DNA of 63,864 bases, filler included, from Cercozoa sp. M6MM (Eukaryota; Protista; Endomyxa: Ascetosporea): the NCBI GenBank assembly GCA_040357565.1. It is 9 parts of 9 records of this genome, joined end to end, with 100 filler letters (N's around TTAATTAATTAA, not from the genome) between each part and the next. Parts side by side here need not be neighbours in the genome. Positions count along the whole stretch, not along the records: positions 1 to 17,706 come from JBDODJ010000258.1; positions 17,807 to 23,762 come from JBDODJ010000822.1; positions 23,863 to 27,581 come from JBDODJ010001339.1; 6 more parts are not named here. One strand, written 5' to 3'. The translations under genes were made by a program, and so were the position numbers. The notes below the pieces were generated by a model that made no database searches, was not told the DNA's origin, and saw nothing but the letters and a program-made list of their open reading frames with translations. This document shows, one piece after another, positions 11,661 through 24,296 of the stretch; positions within the stretch are counted from its first letter, which is position 1, and every line of letters begins with the position of its first letter.

Positions 11661-12252
11661 ATGAGGCTACTTGGTAGCACGGTTGGCAGTGCAGTCCACA
11701 ATTACTGCCTTGCCGCCTCCCCAGTTCTACGGCACATATAAATACTGAAAAAGACATGCGGAAGAAACAGAAAGCGTACGAGCCCGGCAAGTGCGTTCTT
11801 GCGCGACATGGCACGCGACAGCAGCAGCACATCGTTGAGACAGGCCGCCACGTTGGCGTACTGCACGCCGCGACGAACGCCGCCTGTCGCCGCTCCTGTG
11901 CGTAGGTGCATCATGAGTACAATAAAGAAGAGTACTGGGAATGAGGTACCCCGGCAGGTGCGATGGATGGCAACAATGGCAACATGAGTGTCACCACACT
12001 GAGCTAGCACGAGTGCCTCGTGACGGTGCCACTCCAAGTGCTCACTCGTCAGCAACGGCCGCAGCGACTCGTGTGACACCACGTAGTCGCTGTCACCGGC
12101 GCCTTTGCACGTGTCACGACGAACCCACGCAAACGAGTCACCCTGCAGCAGCTTCTGCACACCTGCGAGCGCGCAACACACGAGAATCAACAGAATCAAT
12201 GAAATGACGGTCTTCTTGTACCCTGCACCGGCCCCAGCAAAATATCGTTCAT
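9992..12252 (-). CDS. Glu/Leu/Phe/Val dehydrogenase family protein (leucine dehydrogenase-like)
   Basis: AIHRTCRGAATGGVR, LSRAMSRKNALAGLNWGGGKAVI (catalytic Lys), GGSGDPSAFTGTGV, ILQGFGGVG (Rossmann fold), VCGGANNQL, YVPDLVANRLG, HPLFG. Confidence 0.9.
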
Positions 12253-12461
12253 GGTGACGTTCAACACAACTGTTTGCACAAGCAAAGTGTTAAAAGCACA
12301 ACAAAATCGCGGTTTTCGCGCCCAGCGACAAAAACGACTGAGCTCGAGCCAGGATTCTCTGGAGCCGATGCACTCAGCACAGCCAGCGCGAGCCTCTACG
12401 CTACCTCGGCCGCGTGCTCTAGTCACATAATTAGTGGGACAACGGGGGCAGGAAACCAGAA

Positions 12462-13983
12462 ATGACGAACGTGCCTCAAAGAGTTCAAATCTCGGGCTCG
12501 GTAAGCTTCTTAGCAGCTTTTGTTGGGCCTGAAGCGCCCTACGCACAGTGTGCTGTGGCTGAACGCAATCGCTCTCAAGTATGAGATGCCAGCAGCGATT
12601 GAATTGTTTCCAATTTGTTTCGCTTGACGAAAACTTTTGCCTGTGTTCCTTTGTTCTGTATGTGTGTGTGTCCCTTTTTTGCTGTGTGTGCTAGCGTGCT
12701 TGTTGATCTTGTGTGTGTGTGTCGACAGGCTCTGCTGAGCATTGTCAAGTACGGCGACAAGAACGCCGGACGCGATGTGACGGTAGATACCGCTTGTGTC
12801 GAGTGTCTCAGTGGTCAGTGGATGTGGCTTATATTGCTTCTTTGGCGAGACACAGGGCATGCTGCTCGGCAGCAAGATCGGTGGCGACCGCTCGTGCGTG
12901 TCACCGTCGCAGGCACCGGCCACGCCGAGCGCGTCAGTCGAGTCGGTTCCGAGCGACACGCCCGTGTCAGAGGAGAGCATTGAGGTAGTCTGCTTTGCCT
13001 TGTAGCGACCCTGCCCTACTCTGTCCTATTATGTCCCCACTCCACCCCCTCCCCCACCCCTCAGGTGACTGCGGCAGTGCCGCAGCTGTCGTCGATGAGC
13101 GACGGTCACGTGCAGATCGCCAAGCAGCTGCGTGAGGCCAACGTCGAGCAGAAGTTCGTCGGCTGGTTCATCTCGGTGGCCCTCGGCGCCTTCATCTCGC
13201 GGCACACGGTGCTGTCGCACTACAACATGCAGAAGAAGGACCCGTCGGCGCTGTTGCTGGTGTACGACCCGTACAGCACGCGGCAGAACCGACTGGTGCT
13301 GCGTGCGTACCGTCTCAGTGACGAGGCCATGCGACTCATCGACGAGGTACCATCCCTTGCACCTCGAGCCCTGTGCATTCTATGTACACCCCCCCCCCCC
13401 AGGGTCGATTCACACACGCGGACTTTGCCAAACACGAGGTGCAGAGCGGCGAGCTCTTCACGCCGCTCGACGTGATCGTGCACAACAACCACCTGGCACA
13501 CGCCTTCCTGTTCGACGCCGCCGTCGGCGTGAGCGACAACAGCGACATGTGCGTCGACGTCGACTGCGACGCCGAGGCTCTCGGCTTTGCCGGCGCCAAC
13601 GACCTCATGCTTCGGAAACTCAAGTAGGCTTGTCCCTTCTGTCCCACACCCATACCTATCCTACCCCACCTCCTGTACCTGTACCTACCTGCATCCCTAC
13701 CTACCCTACCCCCCCCCCGTACCATAGCTACATGCGTCGCGGCCTCTCGTACGTACTGTCGGGCCAAGCCAAGCTCGAGGAGTACCAACGCCGCGTGCGC
13801 ATGAAGCAGGAGTGGGAGGCCAAGCACAAGAAGGAGGGCCGGCCGCTGCACGGACCGCACCGCCTGGACAGCAACATGGCCTCGTCGCAGGCACTTGCAC
13901 TCGTCGACGAGCTCTGCAAGATGACCACCGAGGAATACCGCAAGCTCGCCGTGGCGCAAGAGTTCTTCGCTGCCTCCGACTAA
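12462..13983 (+). CDS. EIF3H: Translation initiation factor 3 subunit h (MPN domain)
   Basis: VQISGS|ALLSIVKY...GMLLG...LREANVEQKFVGWF...LLLVYDPYSTRQNRLVLRAYRLS...VHNNHL...PHRLDS; stop TAA at 13981-13983. Confidence 0.85.
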
Positions 13984-14147
13984 TTCACCTGTCCCCCAGG
14001 CAGGACTTGGGCTCCCAACTCAGCAGTATACCTTGAGTGGAGTGATTTTGCTTTCGTCCTTTCAGTTTGACAACTTGACTAAAATCAATTGAAAGAACTA
14101 ATAATGATACGAGGTACGTCGGCTATTGATTGATTAACCACTAAGCG

Positions 14148-14373
14148 TCAGTCTGAGCTCGAGTCATGCTGCTGGCCGGCGGACAGAAAGCGCGTGCAGT
14201 GCGCACGCATCTGGTCAAAGGCGGCCAGTCGCAAGAGGCCATAACCGCGGTAGTCAAAGTCAATGGGCGAGAAGCGCGCCTGCACCAAGGCCCAGATCGA
14301 CCAGTGCAGATGCGAGGCCAGAATGAAGGGCTGCAGTTCCTTCACCAGGGTCTCGGCTTGCTCTAACAAAGAG

Positions 14374-14421
<48 letters not shown>

Positions 14422-14431
14422 NNNNNNNNNN

Positions 14432-14488
<57 letters not shown>

Positions 14489-15516
14489 ACACACACACAC
14501 AACTCCAGAGCCGTAACAGTCTGTGTCAAAGGGAGTTGATACCATCAGAGCATTCAGAGCCAAAGTAGTTTCGCGCAAACTGCAGTTGCGCCTCGTACGT
14601 GGGGAATTGCGACCTGCGTTTAAGAACAAAAGAGAAAGATCGCTTCCCTCTGTAAGAATCCACTCAAATAAACAGTAAAAACTAACCAGTCGCACTCGAA
14701 ACCGCAGCTCTCGCAGAAGAAGTTCGCAACATCGAAAGCACGCGCATTGATACCGCCGTACTCGAGGTCAATAAAGTTAACGCGGTCGCCTGCTCTCTGC
14801 CCAGAGAGAGACACCTCACATTAGTGAGTACCGTACACCCCAGTGGCAACACCAATGTGTACCAAGATGTTGCCGCTCAGGAGGTCGTTGTGCGCCAACA
14901 CAAGCGGCGAATTCACCGACGCACACATCTTCCTGTCAGTCGGGGGGGGGGGGGTAATCTCTGATTGTCAGGGGGGTGAACATACCGGGTATCCCGAAGT
15001 CGCTGAGCGATGGCAAGCGCATCGATTTCGGCATCAGATTCGACTTGCTTGAGCCACAATGTCATCGTGTCGAACACGTCTACACACACATCGTTGGAAC
15101 AGACCAGTCCCCTTGAACCCCCACCCCGACTTAGACTACCTCGGTGCTCGAGGCCCTGCGGCAGCGGGAGCGTGTGGAAGCGTCGCATGGCACGTGCCAC
15201 CAGAGGTGACACCTCGGCCGACATCATGTCCTCCGGCTTCAGAGGCGCTCCCTCAGTCCATGCCTCCAGTCGGCCACCTCCGAACAAACCCTGTTCAGAC
15301 GTGTATCATATATATATATATATATATATATGCCTCTCTGTACAGACATACCAGGATGGCCTTGCCAAAGCCATGTGCCGACAGGTACACTGACAGACGA
15401 AGCTCGCGCTCTCGGTCAATCACTCGGTGCGTGTCCGGGCCATACACTCGCAGTGCGCACTCCTGAAGTATATATACATACCTATCTCTATACACACATA
15501 TATATATAATATATAT

Positions 15517-15563
<47 letters not shown>

Positions 15564-16087
15564 ATATATATATATATGTGCATTTATAACACACACATAG
15601 ATGTGAGTACGCAAAGAGACAAACACACACAAATACAGTACAGTACAAACAATCCTAACATATACAAACCCATAAAAAAAGAAAAACTCGAAAACTCAGT
15701 CGAATACAAAATACAAAGTACCGTGTTGCTGCCGGTGACGTAGTACAGTGCATTCGTGATACCACCACTGACGACTTTCACCTGCCCCAACACAGCGTTA
15801 AAACTGCCTTTGCCTCACGAAGCAAACAGAAGACACAAACAGAAGCGAAACACACCGAGAGATCGCCGAGAACGTTGGGCAGCAAGGCGCGCACAATTGT
15901 GCCAATTTCGCGAGCCAACTCCGGACTCACCTCGCCTGGAAGAAACGCTGTGTCAGCCAGATCTAAACACATTGGAAAGACTGACACTACCATCCTCCGG
16001 TCGCAATGTCACAGTCAAGTCAGTCCGGCACGGCAACGACAGTTCTTGCGCCAGTTGCTGCACTTGCTCCGGTGACAGTTCCTTCAT
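14148..16087 (-). CDS. Ethanolamine/choline kinase
   Basis: VSGGITNALY, LRVYGPDTHRVIDRERE, FGGGRLEAW, AHNDLLSGNIL (Brenner motif), FIDLEYGGINARAFDVANFFCE, SHLHWSIWALVQARFSPIDFDY. Confidence 0.93.
15305..15580. repeat. Intronic (TA)n-rich arrays (also about 18140-18275, 19686-19740, 20350-20455, 21190-21275)
   Basis: Direct inspection. Confidence 0.9.
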
Positions 16088-16597
16088 CTGCACACACACC
16101 CACTCGACAGTTTCGCATGCGGGCGTTTCTCCAAAACAAAGCCAAAGTGAAGAAATACCAGATTTCAACTCGTTGGCTGGGGCGGATTTAGACTATCTCT
16201 CGTTCGAACGGAAATGCGCGGCTTGGACTGCTTTCGCGCGGAGGCACGTGTCACTCTCGAAGATCACACACGGCGCGACAATAAACTATACTACGTGGGA
16301 CGGCAGTCAAACACAAGCACTCAGTGCATGCACTCGCACACTCTCAAATCCGCGATTCTCTCGCGCGAAAGCGTGACAATTTCTGAGCCCAGCAGCCGGT
16401 TGCCCAATCAAATCGGCTAAATGTCCCCCTGGTCCACCGACGCCGACAGCCTGATTGTTGACCGAGACAAGAGAAGCAATCAAACAGCACGTGACTGCAC
16501 AGGTGCGTGTGGCACTCGTGTGAACGGGCTAATAGCGTCGTTTGTGACTGAGCTGAGCTTTGCCAACCCACATTGATCGTCTTTGTTGCACAGAGGA

Positions 16598-17706
16598 ATG
16601 GCGACGCAGCAGGCGCAGCAGTCGCTGGAGGACGGTCTCTATGCGCTGCAGCAGTCGCAGGTACCTCAACCTTTGAATCATAAGGTTTGTTTGCTGCTGC
16701 AGTACGAATGGGTGCACAGCAAGCGGTGCAGCAGCTGCTGGACTACTGCGCATCGTCGTACTCACAAAGCTGCGCCGATCCACACGGTACACACTTCAGC
16801 TTTTTGTTAAGGCTGTGTTTAGACATGTTAAGGGTGCATACTTGGACCAGGCCGACCGAGACAGGCCGTGGAAACGGCGCAGGAATTCGTGAGCGACACA
16901 GCGCGACAACTCACCGACAATGTGCTTCGGGTAAGGGGGTAGGGGTTAAGAGGGGTAGGGGATTAAGGGGGTTAAGGGGATTAAAGGGGTAACAGGGGAT
17001 AGAAGGATAAATACTGGGGGGAGGGTAAAGAGTGAATGGGGGGTAAGGAGGGGGGTAAAACACGACTGGTACGTGCAGTGCGCCGACTCGCTGACAACGA
17101 TTCTCGAGGCTCAACTGTCGCAACTGGACGACGTGGCGCTGCAGGTGCGCGGCGTGCACACCAGCGCACGTTACACGGTACGCATGTGTTCTCCACTGTG
17201 TGGTCACACTTCCGCGCGGACTTATATCTGCGCGAACGTATATATGACCCTTGGGGACAGGTCAACGCTTTCACTCGTGCCTACGTGTCACAACAAACGA
17301 GGTGTTTCTCTACACACGCCGTTTACCCCCCATTTTACCCCCCTGTTTACCCCCTGTTTGCCCCCCTGTGTACCCCCTGTTTACCCCCCTGTTTACCCCT
17401 GTTGATCCTTGAATCGACAGCGATCGACGGCGGTTCAAACGTCGTCCTGTTGCCGTTGCGGTGCCGTCGAAAATGGCGGTTTTACCCCCTACCCCCCTAC
17501 CCCCTCTTTGCGCCTTACCTCCCGTTTTATCCCCCCCTCTCTTTACCCCTTTACCCCCTCCTCCACTACTCCTCTCTTAACCCGTCCTCGCGATGGACAG
17601 GCCATGCGGCAGCTCACGCAGCAAGGTGCGCAAGTGGCACGTGTCAACCTGAATGTACAGTGAGCTGTCCAGTTGTACCGGAGTACACAGTGTCCGTTTG
17701 GACGGG
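16598..17706 (+). CDS. ABI (Abl-interactor, WAVE/SCAR complex)-like protein, 3' truncated
   Basis: Spliced LYALQQSQ|QAVQQLLDYCASSYSQS...AVETAQEFVSDTARQLTDNVLR|CADSLTTILEAQLSQLDDV matches the ABI N-terminal pattern (LERVADYCENNY...ALEETK...LDIQASQL). Confidence 0.65.
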
Positions 17707-17806
17707 NNNNNNNNNNNNNNNNNNNNNNNNNNNNNNNNNNNNNNNNNNNNTTAATTAATTAANNNNNNNNNNNNNNNNNNNNNNNNNNNNNNNNNNNNNN
17801 NNNNNN
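17707..17806. other. Artificial contig linker N44-TTAATTAATTAA-N44 (also at 23763-23862, 27582-27681, 52173-52272, 55580-55679, 58450-58549, 60674-60773, 62170-62269)
   Basis: Eight identical 100-nt spacers with stops in all six frames; genes are cut at them. Separate scaffold gaps occur at 11151-11160, 14422-14431, 31406-31415, 31774-31783 and 41123-41222, all inside microsatellites. Confidence 0.97.
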
Positions 17807-17834
17807 CCCCCCCCCCCCCCCGCAATCGAGACAG

Positions 17835-18135
17835 GACGTGGTGCAGGCGTTGGCGCGGCGCGTGTGTCACGGGCGGTATCACAGCTGGCCCTTCCCGTCG
17901 GTGGCGGCTGCTCTCAATGCTGACGTAGCCTATCCCCTATCCCCTACCTAAACTGACCCTGACTGACCGATCCTGACTGATTGACTGATGGGACTGGTTG
18001 ACTGATGGGACTGATTGACTGATGGGACTGATTGACTGATGGGACTGACTGACTGACTGACAGGGTGGTTCTGTAGTGTCCAGAGGAAGAACTGTACGAC
18101 ATGTTTCGCCTCGTGCTGCAAGAGTATCTTCCTCC

Positions 18136-18182
<47 letters not shown>

Positions 18183-18699
18183 TTGTATATGATTATTTAT
18201 ATTTATCTATTTATGTATTTTTCTATTTATATATTTATATATTTGTGCTTATATTTATTTGTTTATGTATATACGTATAGACAGCAGAACACTCTGTTGT
18301 GGCTGCCCGATTTGGCGGGTTTCTACCACGCTGCCACACCGGCCTTACAGACGATGCTGGTACCTCCCCCCTGTCCCAGTCTGGTCCAGTTCCTCGTTCC
18401 CAATCCGTGTCCCTGTCCAGTCCAGTCAGTCCAGTCAGTCCAGTCTCCCTGTGTGTGTGTGTGTGTGTGTGCAGACTGAGATGCTGCAGGACTGCTCGCA
18501 GCGCGCGGCGCCGCTGCTGGTCGCGTGCGATTGGAACGACGGCTCGGCGGCCTCCTTCTCCTCGGCGGCCTCGTCGTTTTCGTCCTTCGACTCGCTGCTC
18601 TTGCGTCTCGCCGTGCCTGTCGCCGTGCGACGACTCTTCTGCGATGCACGCCTCCTCTTGCAGAGCGCACGCCTTCTTGACGACACGAAAACTAACTGA
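17835..18699 (+). CDS. 3' end of a protein resembling the degenerate second AAA domain of ATAD2/Yta7
   Basis: Spliced ...LNAD|CPEEELYDMFRLVLQE|QQNTLLWLPDLAGFYHAATPALQTML|TEMLQDCSQRAAPLLVACD resembles the SPEEAC.QLF.EA...PSILY.P.ID.WW...LL..L....PILLLAT pattern. Confidence 0.45.
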
Positions 18700-18902
18700 C
18701 ACACGATGTAAATTCCGTCGAAACCTCAGATACACAGAGATGTTTTGTGAGCGTTGTCCAAAAGGAAAATTGGAAGTTTTTCCTGGAGGGGCCAATAGAG
18801 TTATTGTCGCGAGATCAGACTTATTATCCAAGTGCAAGGTACCTAGAGTGCACTACCGCTGTCAGTGTAATCTTATTATTCTCTTCCAGCCGAACAGAGA
18901 AT

Positions 18903-19686
18903 ATGGACGACCTGTCAAAGTGGATCGAACCGCTATGTGCTCTAGTCGGGCGTATCGGCGAGATACCCTGCCCGATGCCACTGCGGCGAAGGGGTGCCAG
19001 GCTAGTCTCGTTGCCCGACTTTCTCGCACACTGGAACCCACGTGCGCGTGATCGCTTCGGCGCGCTGTGTGAGCTGCTGCGTGAGGCGCATGCTTGCGAC
19101 GAGTTGTCGCTCGAGGCAGCGCAGCAGACCATGTCGGTGTCAAGCGGCGTTGTTGCAGCTCTACTGGCAACTGAGACGAATTATTCTTCCGATGCTGAGA
19201 TCGATCACGGCAAGCTAATTCGCGCTGTGGTTTTGCTTGCCGATCGACTGTCACAGCAGACTCCGAGTCGCTCTCGTCCGCGCGGATGGCACATTGTTCC
19301 GACGGTCGCGACGGTCACTTCTGCGAACAGTGAGCAGAGAAAATTCGTGTTTGATGATTTGTTCAGAGTTGAAGCCTTTGATTTCTCGGAGGTGTTTGCG
19401 CCGCCTCTGAACAGGTTGCTTCGTGTTGACTTCCTTCCTTTCTTGGACTTTGATCTCAGTTTGTGAAGAACTTGAGTGTCTACAGTGACGACGCGGCTGC
19501 CGATCGCGTGATGCAAGTGAACTTTGAGTTGAAACAACTGGCGCGGAAACCGACCGCCGAAATGAACGACAGCTTGTTGAGCACACTCGAGAAACTGGCG
19601 AACTGCGCGTGCGACATCATCTGCGCCCAGGAGATTCCTGCAGGTTTGTACTCGTATAAATGTGTCCTTTTGCACGCTTGATTTTC

Positions 19687-19720
<34 letters not shown>

Positions 19721-21738
19721 ATATATGTTATACATTTATACACAATATGCTTTAACTATTCTGCAGATAAAAACTAGCAAGCCAATTATCTGATACCGTT
19801 TAAAATGTTATGCTATCGCAGCCTTCTCTATCGCTGGAAACAAGTTCACCTCGACTGATGGCGAAGAATGGCACGTGCGTCTGTACGACATGGGTGCCTT
19901 CTTCTTTTTGTTCTTCTGTTTCTCTAGGGCAATGTCTTGTTGTTGACACAGGGTTCCACGGCAAGCGAGCAGGCCACCTAGCCGATGTGACTGACGATAA
20001 TGTGGTAGCTTACGGTTTCCCTATCCCAGCCTGCATTATACTCTCTCGTTTAGACTAAAGGTGGCGCCATCTATGAGCGCGCCTTGTGTGCCGTTCGCAC
20101 GTCGGCGTATTCCTTCCTCGACAGTGAGGAGGAAGAGTTGCGGAAGAACCCATCTGTGGCTCCACTGGCTGCTTTCTTGCCTGCCGAAAAGAGAGGTACC
20201 TTACGTGTACAGGGGAGGGGGGGTGATAGAATAACACATTTGATTGTAGGTGTGGCTGACGTTTTCCTGCGTCGCCGAAACAACTCTGTTTTACACTTTG
20301 GCATTATGCACGCACCTTCGGTAACATCTGATACCTAGAGATTCTATACCTATATTATATATCTGTATTTATGCATGTATAACGATAAAATGTACATATT
20401 ATAAAATATACATAACTATAAATAAACATATATATGTATATGTCTATATACATTAGAGCAACAACAAATGGCTCACGCAGCTCAAAACCATTGATGCAGT
20501 GCTGGGAGCCACTTCGTGGCACAGTGACTCTGGTACCTTCCGCGCGGAGCACACAAGATACGCTTATTGCTTGTGTTTTGACTAGCTTGGTCGGAACTGT
20601 GCTACGCCTTTATTGTCGGCGACTTGAACACCAAGCTCGGTCCGAACAATGAAAACGAAGGCACAATCGAGGACCGTCTGGCCAGCATGTCTCTCGGTTC
20701 CCTGACTTTGTCAACTGTCCTCCTGTTGTTCTTTGCATATGCTAGCGACAGACTCGACAGACTCGACTGGCGGAACACACCTGATCTCGTACTACTCGCA
20801 GTCTCACGCACGTGTCAAAAACACAGCAGCTGCCCGTGTCGGTGACTCTCCCAATGTAACACTATCGCCGCAAATTCTGTCTGAGGTGAGTTTTTGCGTC
20901 CTGGCCTCCTGATGTCAGCTTTCATCAGGGCGACTTCTACCTCGCCGAAGAGTTCGACGTGGACAACACGCTGCGTGCCACGGTGCCTTCCGTTTCTCCT
21001 CCAGGTTAGTCCTTGGGTACACCTCCCTCGTTGCAGAGACTGTGCAACCGGCGGATGGACTCGATGCAGACCAATCGCGGGGGCTTTATTGATCAGTTCG
21101 GCACTGGCAGGGTGCACTTACTTTATACATATATGCTGATTTGTTTTTATTATATACCCTATCATCTTTGCAGACTCTGTTAATTTGTACATATACATAT
21201 ATACATGTATATGTAGATATAAATATATATGTATCTGTATATGTATATGTAGATATATATATATATATATATACAGTACTTAGTGTTGCGTTATATCGTC
21301 AGCTTTATCATTTCGCTTATGAGGGAGCAGTGCTACGACCAAATGTTGGTGCCGCATTGGAGTCCCCGTGTAACACTGTGGATGCCACTGACTCAACTGA
21401 TCGACAGCGATCACCTGCCAGTGTGCTACACTGTGCCGATCGCACCGATCGGCTCTGTAGCCACTGACTCGGCGACCCGAATGACCAGTACCAGCCACAG
21501 TGACACGTGGCACAGTGCGACACCGTGTCACACCATCGACGACCGCACTGACACGCAAAAGCATCGCATTCTCGGCGAGACCAAGATCCTGCGCCACGTG
21601 CTGTCGCAACGGTACAGCGTTCCTCCCGAACTGCTCGACTTCCGTGACAAGGCGAGCACACCCGAGGTCGCACTAGCACATCTCCAAGGCATCGTTGATG
21701 GCATCGCCTTTCTGCAATCGCGATCGCTCTCGCTGTAG
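18903..21738 (+). CDS. Multi-exon hypothetical protein
   Basis: A chain of GC-rich open exons separated by GT-AG introns, some (TA)n-rich, from MDDLSKWIEPL to ...GIAFLQSRSLSL*. No motif recognised and the exon chain was not fully resolved. Confidence 0.5.
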
Positions 21739-22092
21739 TGTCACTGCATGGGCAGAAACTAAAACACAGTAAACTCTAGTTAGCGACGAAATTCCCGACT
21801 TGCGACTTGAAAAGAAAGCATGGAATCATACCCGCATGGAATCAAATTGATGTCTTGGGCCGGATGGTCGAGCCCCAGGCATCCAGGCTCGTGCGTATCG
21901 TCAGCCGCGTGCTCACATCGCAACACGCATCAAGGCAGTGTCAAAGCCGTGCGAGTTGCAAATTTCGTTCTTCGAAGAACCGGCTCAGGCGAAAAGTGAC
22001 CTGTGGTGCTGCCGTTGTGTCGCCGCGTGTGCCCAGTGCGCGTTGTTGCCCGTGTTGCCCAGCAGTTTAAGTTTGGTAGCAGAAATCAGGTG

Positions 22093-23762
22093 ATGAGACG
22101 GCCCCAGCCCAAGGTACTCTTTTTTGTGTGCCGTCTTGTGTGCTGTTGTGACGTGTTCATGTGCCCGACAGGTGATCACCGAGGCGCGTGTATACGCGCA
22201 CGTGTTAGAAGAGAAGCCGCGCGAGTACGTTGTCTTTGTATCGTGCGAAGAGAGTGCTTGGAAATGTGTTCCACTTGCGCAGATACTGGGACTACGTGAA
22301 CTTTGAGATCGAATGGAAGACGCCGGATGGCTACGAGATTGTGCGCAAGGTCGGTCGCGGCAAGTACTCGGAGGTGTTCGAGGGTACTTTGTTTTACCCC
22401 TGCGTTTTCTTCCCTCCATTACCCCCCCCCCCCCCCCCTGTTTCCTTAGGTGTCGACACGAAGCGCGGCAGTGACTCGTGCGTGATTAAGATTCTCAAGC
22501 CGGTATCCGAGACGTTGCGTGTTCTTACCCCTGCCCTGTTTACCCCTTTATCCTTCTTTATCCTTCTTTATTCTCCTTTATCCTCAGGTGCGAAAGAAGA
22601 AGATCAAGCGCGAGATCTGCATTCTCAAAAGTGTCACGGGCGGTCCCAACGTCATCACACTGCGCGACGTCGTGCGAGACCCGTACACGAAAACCTCGTC
22701 ACTGGTGCGTTTGTCTTGTGTCTTTATACCTCCCCATTCTGCCCCCCTTTAACCCCCTTACCTCCCATACCCCTTACCATTTACCCCCTTACCATTTACC
22801 TCCTTACCATTCACCCCCTTACCATTCACCCCCTTACCATTTACCCCGTACCCGTTTTCTTACAGGTGTTCGAACACGTCAAGAACCTCGATTTCAAGGT
22901 GCTGTACCCGACGTTCCAAGATCAAGATGTGCGCTACTATATCTACCAGGTGCTTTGCTGTCTCTTTACCCCCCCCTGGTATTCTCACCATTAACCCCTC
23001 TTACCCCCCGGGTAGTTGCTCAAGGCTCTTGACTACGTGCACTCGCGCGGCATCATGCACCGGTACTTTCGCCTTCCCATGACGCCCCTGTTAGTCCTTG
23101 CCCTCATTATTACCTCCCCACTCCTGGTGCAGCGACGTGAAGCCGCACAACATCATGATCGATCACGAGGCGCGCAAGCTGCGACTGATCGACTGGGGCC
23201 TCGCCGAGTTCTACCATGCCAAACAAGAGTAGGCTTGTCCCCACCCCCGTCTTACCCTTTACCCCTTCCTCTTACCCTTACCCCTCCCTCTTACCCTTAC
23301 CCCTCCCTCTTACCCTTACCTCTCCCCCAGGTACAATGTGCGCGTTGCGAGTCGTTTCTACAAGGGTCCGGAACTGCTCGTGAACTACCGGTACTATGAC
23401 TACTCGCTCGACATCTGGTCGCTCGGCTGCACGCTGGCTGGTAGTCTCCGCCTCTTACTCTTACCCCCCACCTCATTACTCTTACACCCCCAGGCATGAT
23501 CTTCCGTCGCGATCCGTTCTTCCGCGGCAGCGACAACAACGACCAGCTTGGCAAGATCGTCAACGTTTTGGGCACGGACGATCTGCATCGCTACCTGCGC
23601 AAGTACGGCATCAAGCTGGTAGCCTCCATTTAGCTTTCTGGACTACCCTTGCTACCCTAGCTTACCCTTAACCCCCCCCCCCCGTAGGACCCGATCTTTG
23701 ACCGCATCCTGCCGCAACACGCGGAGCGCAAGCCGTGGAGCGATTTCATCAACGAGAACAAC
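22093..23762 (+). CDS. CSNK2A1: Casein kinase II catalytic subunit alpha, 3' truncated
   Basis: [96 protein letters not shown]. Confidence 0.98.
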
Positions 23763-23879
23763 NNNNNNNNNNNNNNNNNNNNNNNNNNNNNNNNNNNNNN
23801 NNNNNNTTAATTAATTAANNNNNNNNNNNNNNNNNNNNNNNNNNNNNNNNNNNNNNNNNNNNTTACCCTCCCCCTATAG

Positions 23880-24041
23880 CGCATGGCCAAGGGAGTGCAG
23901 CAGGCCTTTGCCGACATCTTCGATCGGTACGACTACCGCGTCGGCGACGAGGACGACGACGGCAAACTGAGCGGCGGCACAGCGACGGTGATGCGTCTGA
24001 TGCGCGAGGGACGCTTCGTGCAGGACATCTGGTCCGGCTAG
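23880..24041 (+). CDS. Last exon of a diflavin (FAD/NADPH) oxidoreductase, methionine synthase reductase/P450 reductase family
   Basis: RMAKGVQQAFADIF...MRLMREGRFVQDIWSG* matches the conserved MAKDV...RY..D(I/V)WS C-terminus. Confidence 0.75.
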   Translation, partial: RMAKGVQQAFADIFDRYDYRVGDEDDDGKLSGGTATVMRLMREGRFVQDIWSG

Positions 24042-24296
24042 ACAGAGCTAGGGACCTCGGACTTCTGTCTAGCGTTAGTACAGTTGCAGCACTACCAGTG
24101 TGTACCATCCTACATTGCTGCGAGATTGCATCGCATCGCATACAAGCCTTCCGTTCTCGTTTCTTTTTAAGTTTTAACTAACATCTCGATTTAGTCCGAG
24201 TCATCATTGTCGTCGCCCCGGCGCCGTCGCCGTCGGGCAAAGAGGTCCATTGCCTTCCCTATCGTCAGCCAGCATAGGTTGTCACAACAACTCAAG

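Noticed and set aside
17751-17762. Recurring TTAATTAATTAA palindrome as a biological element
   Set aside because: It is always centred in exactly 44+44 Ns and gives stops in all six frames, so it is an assembly linker.
23700-24041. CK2 alpha fused to a reductase C-terminus, or functional clustering across linkers
   Set aside because: The two parts are separated by an artificial linker and belong to different contigs.
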